Notes under the pieces: generated by a model
Database searches by the model: none
What the model was told of the DNA's origin: nothing
Seen by the model: only the letters and a program-made list of their open reading frames with translations
Shown here: positions 23,915-35,900 of the stretch, one piece after another
Position numbering within the stretch: the first letter of the stretch is position 1
Layout of the letters: each line of letters opens with the position of its first letter
Program-made: the position numbers and the translations under genes
Assembly (NCBI GenBank): GCA_964035545.1
Contig: OZ037767.1
Coordinates: forward strand, 14,698,998 to 14,762,997
From: Bugula neritina
Taxonomy: Eukaryota; Animalia; Bryozoa
Length of the DNA stretch: 64,000 bases
Direction: 5' to 3'

Positions 23915-26900
23915 ATGAAGTGCTTGCTAGAGATTGAAGGGAAATGGAAGACCTCCGGAACAAATGAGAACTCCTCATGTAAGTTTTTCCTGGTAGCAGA
24001 CAAGCTTCTGCAAATGTGATTATATTCCTGTAAACCAGGGCTGTCCAACAGGCGGCCCCAGCGCCAGATGTGGCTCCCAGCCTACATTTATTCGGCCCTT
24101 GAAAGCATAAAGCTAAAATTATTTTTCACAGTATACTTGAATTAAAGTGAAAAACCACCTTTTAAATGTCTTATTTCTACACATGCTGCAAAACATGCAG
24201 CCTGCAGCAACTATTCTGGCTTAGTAATGATTCATAAAAATTTAGAATAAAGTAAGTTGAAATATGCTGATGCTGTGCCCCCCCCCCAGCTCAAACTAAA
24301 GTTTAAAATGTGGCCCTCGTTACCAGAATATTCCCTTTTAGTGGCCATCGGTATGAAAAGCTTGGACATCCCTGCTGTAAACAGCCAGAGTGAAACCAAA
24401 ACTCAGTTCATTGGGTATTCTCTAGAAAGGAAGTCATATAAGTCTCTAGTATTTTTCATGATAGGACTTGGAATATCTGGTTGAATTCTCTATTATGCCT
24501 TTGTAGAATAATCTCCAATCACCATGACACTTCTACTACTAAGTTTTTACTAAAGGAAATCGCTGAGTTATATGTAATAAACTACCAGCATAGTTGTATC
24601 AATGGAGAGACAACCCCAAAGTTTGTAGAATATAAGCTGTGGGATTGAATCTTTTTTTTAAATTCATTGGCATAACTTGCAACAAACGTCAGTTTGCATT
24701 TTACTCCCCTAGAATGTTCTATTGGTTCTAATTATTTCACTGATTTGTTTTCAACTACAACACTGTAATTGCATCTTAAGTAATTGAAGCTTGAATTAGT
24801 TTAACTTCTGAGAGCTAGCTGAAATTCTTTTAATTTTCTGACGTTTGAAGCACCCATATTTACCTCATTTAGAGGGAGTTATATTTACCTTATTCTGTTG
24901 CAATCCTATTTACCTCATTCTGATGCAACAATCACCGGCTTTCCATGGATCAATCTCAGTGAGATCGATCCATGGAGAGCCTGTGAATGTATATCTTAAC
25001 AGAAAGCACTTATATTTACTTTGTTATGCTGCCCCTATAAAGACGAAATATGGTAAAGCCTCACCCAAAGCAATCATTTCTCTTCAGATTCCAGCAAGTC
25101 TGCCTGGACTAATGGTTCAGTAAGACTTGTAAGGTCGGCTGCCTGTGGCCTGAAATGGCAGCTGAATGTTCGAGAAAAGCTCAGCAGGATCCGATCAGTC
25201 AAGAGATATTCTGTGAGTGAAGCTAACAGTTTCTGTTTTCAGTATCAGAGTTATGTTGTGACTCTCACTGTGAGTCTGTATTGTGAACTCTACTACACAC
25301 AAGCACGCAAACTTTAGGGGAAGTCCTTATACACAGTGCTAACTCCAATTGCTTATATGCATGGCTGAGCTAAAATTGAAATATGGCCACATTCTAGCTA
25401 ATTTTTGTTTTTCTTACGATACCATCTTTTGTTAACTGCATTGTAGCATGCGATGAGGGCCAGTACGATTCAACAAATTTTAGTTATGTATTTATTATAT
25501 TATGTTGAGAGTTCATATTTATCATGTTATTAGATAATATTAATCTAATATTTATTATATTTATTAAGATGTGACTATTTCAGAGTTATTGTATTTATTA
25601 GAATGTGTTGCTATTTCATATTATATTAATATAATATGTTACTATTTCATATTATATTAATATAATATGTTGCTATTTCATATTATATTAATATAATATG
25701 TTACTATTTCATATTTGTTAGAATATTAGAATATTTATTAAGATATGCTACTATTTTGTTTTGTAAGTTGAGTTATAATAGTAAGTATTGAAGACTTTAT
25801 ACCAACTAAACTGTTACCAGTTTCTTGTGCTAGCTGCTAAGATAAAAGAATGTTGTTTTGTGTACATGCAGATAAACTTAAAGTAATTTACTAGAAAGTT
25901 TTTATTCATGTCTAAAAAGTGGACCACTATTTTGTACTAATTTCTATTTAATTAAAAGCATCCAATAGAGTCTAAATGAAATTATTTGAACTGCTAAGAA
26001 TTTGTTTGTTATCTGTATTTTAAGAATCTATTTAACTTTCACATAGCTCTACCAAGAATCAGTAACAATTATATTATGTAACTACTGTAGTACAAGCTGG
26101 TAATTATGTGAACAAAGCCATGTCCTTTGAACAAAGGTTGCTGGTCTAGTTTGACACATGTTTTAGGCTGGTTCTTGAAACCCTGTAATTATTGCCATGG
26201 CTTTCCCTCAAAATTGATTTTAAACTGCTTTGAAATGCCCTTCAGTTATTGTTTGAGACAAGCAAGGAATTTGTATCTGAAGAACTTACTCATGGGTATT
26301 TCTGATTAAGAAAGTGTTGGACAGAGTCTATTCTGCCTGCAGGCAAACCCCACGGATAGAATAGAATGTTTTGGAGACCAGGTGAAGCTGTGTGTCAAGA
26401 CCAACAGTGGAATCTTCTATCTCATGCTGGCCGAGACATCGCAGAAAAAGAGATCTGATATTGTGCAGAAAGCTAAGACCACTCTGGGATTGCTCTCTTA
26501 CACTGAACCAGGTGGTTATATTATATTATGTTATTTAAGGTGTGCTGTCTATTCAAATACTTTTATACTTTCTTTTTATGCTTCAAATGCCTTTTTCAAC
26601 ATGAAAGAACCTGACAGTTTACCTTTATGTTTAAATTAGAGTTTTACGCTCTCTAAAACTAGTTCCAATGATATATGAGATTCATCAGAGTTGCTATTGA
26701 AAAGCTATTCCTAGTAGGACTCTTTACCATGGAATTTGTGTTTATATAATATTTCCTTCCTTGCTGGTTTCAAGATATTTTGAAACCTTCTAATGTTGGA
26801 GAAATTACTAGATTTTAAAAAATGCCCTGTGGTAATTGACAACATAGCCTTTCTAGACTTAATTTCCTACTTGATTTTCATATAATATATTAAGCTTTGA

Positions 26901-29900
26901 GCATAAAGGCATAAAATGATGAGAGATTTGTGAGCATTTAGTACAAGCTTTAATAAAAGTAACTTTACATTCTGCATATCTGTCAACTTCTGTTATCTAA
27001 AAAACACTCTAGTATTTTCTGTAAATATTAATAAATTATTTTGAGCCACTATTGCCTGTGTTAATAAACAGATTCCATATAATCCTACAAAACCGATAGT
27101 AGAATATTGGCATATTGCCAAAATAAATAAATAAATATAAATAAAATATATAAAATAAACAAACAAAATAAATATTCATCCAAGTCTACTTCACAATTAT
27201 TGTACCACCTAAACCTTTGCAACGCTCATAAATACTGCAGACGCTATCGGCTGCGAGTTATCCTGTTAACTTAGCTAAGGAATATTAACAATCTATATAT
27301 TTTCTCTCACTCTTTTGACTAGGCTCAGAGAAAATGAACTCCGAGGAAGTTGTTGACTTGCTAATATCAGATGAGGAAGATGTTGATACAAGTAAGACTT
27401 TAAAATTATGAACAGTTTATCTTAATTCTATTTATGAGCCCACTTTTGAGCTTTCATTACTGTTGACTTTGGTATAACATAATTACAAAAACATATATAG
27501 AACAAACAATGAGTATCACAAAATTGCCAATGTATAAAATTTAAACAGGTAATCAAATTCACAGAAGCAGAAATGTTTATAGCCAACTGCCAGTTATGCA
27601 TGCCGTCGTTTCCGAAATCCAGAAAGTTTTATGATCGCCATCTTGTTTAAACAGATTTCGTAGCTTGGGTGCTGAGGATGGTCGCCAAAAATTACTTTTA
27701 AAGCGTTTGCTGCAAGCCAGAGCTGATTGCATGACTCCCCTAGTCGGTGGGAATGCTCCAGGGCTATTGCTTTTTTCATGTAGCAGCTTACAATGTTTAT
27801 ATGAGCCTTGCTAGCGTAGATCTCGTGGTAGATTTGGAGTGCAGTGTCGATGTGCTTTAAAGAAACACCATAGTTATTTCGAGTCATCTCATCGATAGCC
27901 AGGCTTTTGTAGTAATCAGCTATTTGAGGGTGCATTGGTGTGTTCCCGTATAATTTGTTCAACATTGCTAGCGAGGAAACAAAGTACATTTGTCTTTCGG
28001 TGTGCTCCATCTCTCCATGTCCCATGCTTACTGGTAGTTTGTGATAGATAGCAGCTATTTCGCTATGGTCACTGTCACCGTAAATCCTCAGGTACATGTC
28101 TAATGCTTGTTTATAGCATACTGATGCCTCTCTCTGTTTATTCATGTCCATCAGGTTGTCTGCAATATTATGCAGAGCTATGGCTATGTCTTGATGATCC
28201 GAATGTTGTCCGTGAATTACCATCCGGATCTCAAGTGTCCTCCGAAGGAAGTCATCAGCTCTTTCGTATTCTCCTTTACGGTTGTAAGTGTTGCCGATGT
28301 TATTGTAGCAGTGCGCTATATGGGGATGATTGGAGTCTCTACCATATAACTCTATCAGCATTATCCTGGACTTCTCGTGGTATTGCTCAGCTTCCCAATA
28401 CCTGCCCCAGTCGCTGTAGTTTCTCGCCACAAAGTTGTAGGTTCTCGCTAGTTCTGGATGAGGTTGTTCGCCAAAGTTTGTGAGAAACATGCGGATTGCT
28501 ACCTGGTGATACCTTAAGGCCTCGGGATACTTGGCTATGTATCTTAAGCTGCAAGCCATGTGATTGTATGCAGTTAGTGTCTTTATAGCACTTTCGCTGT
28601 TTGTCAAAGCACATATCCTGGCACAAGCTGCCAATGACAGCTCATGTTTACCAAGTTTGTAGTTGCAATACCCAATAATATCTAAAAGCTCAACATCCTC
28701 TAAAAATGTAAAAGTTGCATCAGAAATGTCTGTTCCTGGTAGAGATTCGTATGCATGCAGGCAATGCTCCCATTGATGGCAATAAGCATATGGTATCAAC
28801 TTTATATACAAAGAGGTGTTCATTGTAACTTGAGAAAACTTTTCTCGGTAGTTGAAGGTATTAGCATCCGACAGTTTTACTGCAACCAGCTCTTTGAATG
28901 GAATAAGATAGCCACACGACATTTGAAATATTTGCAGTGGAAAGTCGAATGACTTATGTGTACCCGCACATTTCTGGCCGAGTAAAGTTGTCTGCTCTTC
29001 TTGCTTGTTATAGTACAAATACGTAGCAAGCCGCGCATATAATGACACCGATATGAGCACTTTGAGGGCATGCCTAGCTGGCTCTGCCCATAGGAGCAAG
29101 GTCCCTAATTTGTCACTGGCTTTCCATACATTGGTCTCGTGTATTTCGAAGAGAATTTTCAAGCTGTTGGTCACAAGTGTTGGGTACCTATAAATATCAT
29201 CTTTCACTTTCAGCCATCCCGACTGGTCCCTGAAGTTTCTTGGGGTGTATTTGTAGCGTTCTGAATCTTGCTTCATCATGGATAGAGTTTTTTCTACTCT
29301 CTTTTCGTTTATCACCAGTTTTGAAGCACCTTCTTGGAATTTCTCCAACAAGCTTCCTTTACTTTTATAAATTGACACTAAATTGTAGAGCATTTGTGAA
29401 ATGTCTGAACCAATCAGTGTGCTTTCCTCTTCAACACTGCTCTCATATACTCTTCTATAGTTTTCTAACAGTGCTAATGGAGTTAATATAAGTTTTTTGC
29501 TGTTTTCTAGCCCATTTCCTGTGGGTATATTGCCAGAATTCTTAGTTATGCCATCAAATTTAAACCCGTTTGATTGGTGGTCTTGAAAAGGTGTTGTCCC
29601 AGTTTTCAAATCTTGAATGTTGAAACATTTCAGGTTGGTTTCGCCCAGATCATTTATCAAAAGATAAATAAAAATAGACAGGTTGACAAAGTAAGGACTC
29701 TTTGTGTCTGTTTCTACCAAAAGTAGAAATTCTAGATCAGAAAATGGAGTCATCTCACCCCTAGCTATAGACCCCATGGCGACAACTTCGAATTCACAAG
29801 GTGGTTTGCCCATTACACTTATTGCATTGCTAACCAAATGATGGCAAAATTCTATCATTTTAGAGTTGCAATCGCCTGTAATGGTTTGCATTTCTTTACA

Positions 29901-32900
29901 GAACTGAATCTCTTGTTCCAGTGGAATAGGTTTTATTGTCTCACCATTCATGCTTCTAGTTATGGGTTTCAAGCTCTTATCCAACTCTTTTCGTATCTGG
30001 CCTAGCTCTTTCAAGTGGCTGTCTCTAAGTTCATGGTGCTGTTTCAGCGTATAATCTTTAATGCCAGCCCTTTTCAGAAACTCTCTCTCAATCTGGTAGA
30101 TTTTGGTGGTTCTCTGTCTTAAATTTCCATTTTGTCTCACTTTGCATGAGTTGAAGATCCCATGTGCCTGCAAAATAAGTTAGTTTTATGAAAGTTTTCA
30201 ACTTTGTTGGTAAAAGAATTTCACTTTTTGCTTCTGATACATTTTTATTTCCAGCTGTTCCATTTGTTTTAGTTTTTATTGATACCAGGCTAGATGCACT
30301 ACTAAGTTAGAGCTACATGGTTTACTGGCAATGCTTTGCTTAGAGTGGAGACAATTTGCATCATTATTTATAATCTTATAAAACAAATGTTGTGTTCTAT
30401 CATTGGGTTGTTTAATTCAACACTCCAGTAGTTTCTTTGTTTTAAGACTTCAATTCTTGAGCAACATAAACTCCCATTCTTGTTGGTTCGCTAATAGCAT
30501 TGCCATTAATACAGGAAACAAAAACTCAATCATGTAGAGTAACTGTGAACACTTTCTATTTTTATTTTGTTAATACTCAATATACTATAATTAAATAGGG
30601 CACTCTACATTAGTAACAGATTAAATTAAATGAAAACTTTAACAAGTAATTAATTTTTTTGTAAAAATTTGTCCTTGAAGTCTAAAACCATATTCATCCT
30701 CTCTAACGAAAACAGGAAATGGTTTTGGTAAACTGGAGATAGTAACCTTACCTTCACTATGTCAGTCCAATGTTTGACTTTCTTTGCTGCATAAACATCA
30801 CCAATTTCTGTAAAACATTTCAGTACTTAGTTTTAGCGATCAAAGTTGGAGTTTGGAGTGTTAAACCTGCTAATATAACTTTCATTTCTTATAAATAATT
30901 AATTACCACTTATTTCCAGTTTACTCACAATGCAGATTCATATTTTTATATCTTCAATCATAATAACATACAAGTGTTTAAAGCTTTAACTTATTCATTG
31001 CTCCATAGGTTGTATGTTATAAAAATAAATTATTTAAGCTTGGAAAAGTACTAAATAAAATAATTACCTTCAAGATATCGAAGTTCCCTGTTAAGATTCA
31101 TTTTACTTGCTTCTCACCTCATTAACAAGTAAATTGTGAACGGACAACCTTTTACCTCACATCTATTTAATACCATCTTTTTCCATTGCTAAACTTCAAA
31201 ATTCTGACATTGCTTTCGTGTTTTATATTCCAGATACGTCAAGTTGGAATATCCAAGCTTAAGTCATGTAGAGGTTTTACAATACTAAGCAAACATTTAT
31301 TGTTCTCTAATTATTACTGGGCATTTATTAACTGCTGACTAGTTGTTATGCAAATTAAATATACTTGTTTTCAACGCAGTTGCTCAACCGTCTTGCAGCT
31401 TTATTTTAGTTGTAAAAATATATGTGGAAATTATTTATTAAAATTTCATTAGTATATTTTTCTTCATTTTAAATTTTTGGTGTAATTTTAGCAGAGATTG
31501 TGGACCTTTTCCCCTATTTTAATAGTTCATTGCTTTTTCTTGCATCAGCTATGTTCCATCAACTCTGGGAATTTCCATTTCAATTTCTCTGCATGGAGCT
31601 GGCCTTGTATTCCTATTCATAGTCATTTTCTGTTATTTTCTTTGGTCCGTTAAGCAATTATTACGTACCCTATTCAGATTGTTGAAAGAAATACGAATCA
31701 ATGACTCAATTCTCCTCAGTTTATCCATTAAACAAAAGCTTTGCCTCTTGTAATTTATATCCCATGAATACATATTGCTTCTATTCTTATAAGTGACATG
31801 CTCGAGTTAATTTTTGCACACCTGGAATATTTATTGCATAATGCTTATTCACCTAAATTACTCCTGGTAAGTTTTGGAGCTACCCAACTTATAAGGAAAT
31901 GAAAAAAAATAATGTGATTATTGAAAATTAGAAACTATTTCTCTTTAGCAATAGCATGTAAATAGTATAAATTCTGATATAAAGACCAGCCAAACCACTG
32001 TTTCTTGAAAAAAAAATTAAATAAGTTGAAGCAAACTTGTTTTTCGAGTCTGTTTTTACATCTATCTAGAAGGTTCAAAAACAGAATACCATAATTTGTC
32101 TGATTATTGTTAGATACATACAGATATATAGATAGAAACAGTAGCTGATGTCAATACTGGTGAGTTAAAATGTCTCTTGCTAGGCAGTTGTCTTCTCATG
32201 GTAGCTTGATGTAAATAGATTCTAATTGAAACAATGTAGGTGAGACATCGTCATGCGTTCAGGTGAAGAAGTTAAACTCCAGCTCCAACTGGCTGGAAGC
32301 GCATGATGAGTGGAAAGACATGATATCTCAGACTACACCTAGTAAAAGCAGAGACAGCGTGTCTCAGACTACACCCAGTGGGGGCAGGCAGCGTCTGCAG
32401 ACAGCAAGGTTAGTACTGCTTCATATTTAAACCTTTGAATTATCCGGAGATGTGACAAGTATTCTATACTCATGTCATAGCTACTGTAGACAATGCAACT
32501 GTAGACAATGCAACTGTAGACAATGAACTGTTGACAATTTAACTGTAGACAATGTAGCTGTAGTCACTGTAACTGTAGACACTGTAACTGTAGACAATGT
32601 AACTGTTGACAATGTAAATATTTAGATTGTGTTGTCTTCTATATTCCAGATCTGACCCACCAAAGTCTTTCTACAGCTCAAAGACCTCTTCCACAGCTCC
32701 CTTTGGCTCCAACTTCCTGAGACCAAGTTCTGCTTCTAAGTTAGTGTCAAGGGGCGCAATGACAACCCCCAAACTTTCTCTCTCAGGAGTTCTCCCCAAT
32801 AAGGTTGGTTTTTATCTTCAGACATTTCTTGATGTTTCTGTTCAGAATTCTTGAAAATGTAATTTCTAATAGCTTCAATCTGTTGTCTGCTTAACTATTT

Positions 32901-35900
32901 GAAAAAGAGGCTAGTTTTTCAGCAGGCCAGGAAATAATTCACTAATTCTCAAGAAAGCTGGCCATTTGAGTAAGTTGGCAAGATTTTTGGGGGTTTCCCT
33001 TCTCTGGCACTTTTTGTGTAGCCTTTTCAGTGTAAATGGCCAATACAGGAGAAGACAACTTATGAGAGAATAGCTTTAGTGGCCCAAGTGCTACAGGCTA
33101 CATCTGAAGGGCTGTAGTCTGTAACACTACTTTGTAGCCTCGGTAACTAACTCTAAGCTGTTATACTGTGAGGGGAGGGGGTGGCTCGTTACCATAATGG
33201 ATTATTTGTGTGTTTTGTAGCCTCAAGCGTCAGCAGATGTCGACACGAAGTCTTCTAAGGATGACGATGTCGGTTCTGACTCGGAGAATGTGACGTTAAT
33301 GCCCCGTCCCTCTCTTTCTGGGTTCGTAGTGGTGCAAGGCTATTCTATAGTATTACACATCTTTATACATTCTAGTAGTCAGTATTATTATCGTATGCTC
33401 TATTCTTATTCCCCCTGTGATTGGCTCACTGCTTCAGTGCCATTAGCATAATATATAAACAAGAAGCAGTTCTACCCTTGTGGCAATTTTACTTTTACTC
33501 TTTGTTAATATATTAACTGTTTACACTCCTTTCCCCCTAACAGTATCTAAGCTGCCTACGCTCCTGCTCCCTTTACAGTATTTAAACTCTTTACACCCCT
33601 GCCCCTCTAACACTGTATACACCCCTGCTCCCCTAACAGTATTTAAACTGTCTACACTCGTGTGTTGTGTTGCAGATTCTACAATCTAGGTAACACCTGC
33701 TACAAGAACGTCGCTCTGCAGTCTCTGCTCAATATCGATGTGTTTGCTGCGGACCTGCTCTTCTCGTATAAAACTTACGAATCTGACTTGGAGGAGCAGA
33801 GTTTGATCAGGTGACCTAGACTATCCTAGTTGTATGCTATATCCTCTTGTGTTATATACTATCCTCTTGTGTTATATACTATCCTCTTGTGTTATATACT
33901 ATCCTCTTGTGTTATATACTATCCTCTTGTGTTATACACTATCCTCTTGTGTTATACACTATCCTCTTGTGTTATATACTATCCTCTTGTGTTATATACT
34001 ATCCTCTTGTGTTATATACTATCCTCTTGTGTTATATACTATCCTCTTGTGTTATATACTATCCTCTTGTGTTATATACTATCCTCTTGTGTTATACACT
34101 ATCCTCTTGTGTTATACACTATCCTCTTGTGTTATATACTATCCTCTTGTGTTATATACTATCCTCTTGTGTTATATACTATCCTCTTGTGTTATATACT
34201 ATCCTCTTGTGTTATATACTATCCTCTTGTGTTATATACTATCCTCTTGTGTTATATACTATCCTCTTGTGTTATATACTATCCTCTTGTGTTATATACT
34301 ATTCTCTTGTGTTATATACTATCCTCTTGTGTTATATACTATCCTCTTGTGTTATATACTATCCTCTTGTGTTATATACTATCCTCTTGTGTTATATACT
34401 ATACTCTTGTGTTATGATGTGTTATACTTTATAGTGTGTTGTGTTATGTTTCAGTGTGTTACTATGGTATTGCAGGTGCCTCAACGAACTGGCTATCTGC
34501 AAGAGAGAGAACCGGATGCTGTCTGTCCAGAAACAGAAGGACCTCCTTAGAGATGTGTCTCAGGCCGTGGCAGCGTACACTGACAGATACTCAGATTGCC
34601 GGCAGCATGTAAGTCGGCTATGTCTCACTCAGATATTCTGTACTTACACATGTATATCCTGTACTTACACATGTATATCCTGTACTTACACACATGTATA
34701 TCCTGTACTTACACACATGTAAATCCTGTACTTACACACATGTAAATCCTGTACTTACACACATGTACATCCTGTACTCACACACATGTACATCCTGTAC
34801 TCACACACATGTACATCCTGTACTCACACATGTATATCCTGTACTTACACACATGTATATCCTGTACTCACACATGTACATGCAATTACACACACATACT
34901 CATAATATTCTACTTAATGTTACAGGACGCACATGAGTTCTTCTGCGAAGTTTTGAATATTCTCAAAGAGGAGATAATTTCTTATGGAGAGAAGAGAATA
35001 AGGAAAAACTCTGGGAAAAAAGCTGAGAGTGTTAATGCTGCTGTGGACAACTTTGAATTTGAGGTGCTTAAATCTTAGTATATACCTGTGTTAGTATATA
35101 CCTTTGTCAGCTGAGATTTTATTGGATCGTATGATAAGACTAAGCTTAAAATATAAATTTGGAATGCATTTATAACTTCATAAAAGTTGTCTGATTTTTT
35201 GCTCCGTTTCCCATAGAGTAGTTTGTGCGAGTATTCTATTGGGAAACCCTTGAACTATTCTATAAGATATATATTGACTCCCAGCAATGTATTTCTGCTG
35301 TACGTACAGGTGTCGACAACTCTCACTTGCACCAGCTGTTCAAGAGAGACCACCATTCGTGACAAGCAGAACGGCCTGACTGTCAGCATTCCTGAGGTGT
35401 TTCTGCAGGATACACCTTCCTGCACACAGTAAGTGTAACCCACATTTTTCTTCAAAAAAGTAGAATGTCAATTAGGCATAAATGGTACGTATAATCCACA
35501 AAGCACAATCTCTAATAATATAATATATGTTTCCAAATTATATAATTGGCGTTGATGTACTGCAGTAGACACTTTCATATATAGACTAATCAAGTTTAAT
35601 GTTTTCTTCAGAATTTGAGTTTTTAGGTTGTCTTCATAAAATATATTCTGCTTATCATACATAATCACTCTGACTCACCTGTCACTCGCTCTGACTCACC
35701 TGTCACTCACTCTGACTCGCCTGTCACTCACTCTGACTCGCCTGTCACTCACTCTGACTCGCCTGTCACTCACTCTGACTCGCCTGTCACTCACTCTGAC
35801 TCGCCTGTCACTCACTCTGACTCACCTGTCACTCACTCTGACTCACCTGTCACTCACTCTGACTCACCTGTCACTCACTCTGACTCATCTGTCACTCACT

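Noticed and set aside
27594-30173. Bacterial contamination as the source of the NTase-TPR ORF
   Set aside because: It has in-phase GT-AG upstream exons and lies between phase-compatible USP37 exons.
33830-34434. ORFs in all three + frames ([12 protein letters not shown] repeats)
   Set aside because: 20-bp minisatellite inside a USP37 intron.
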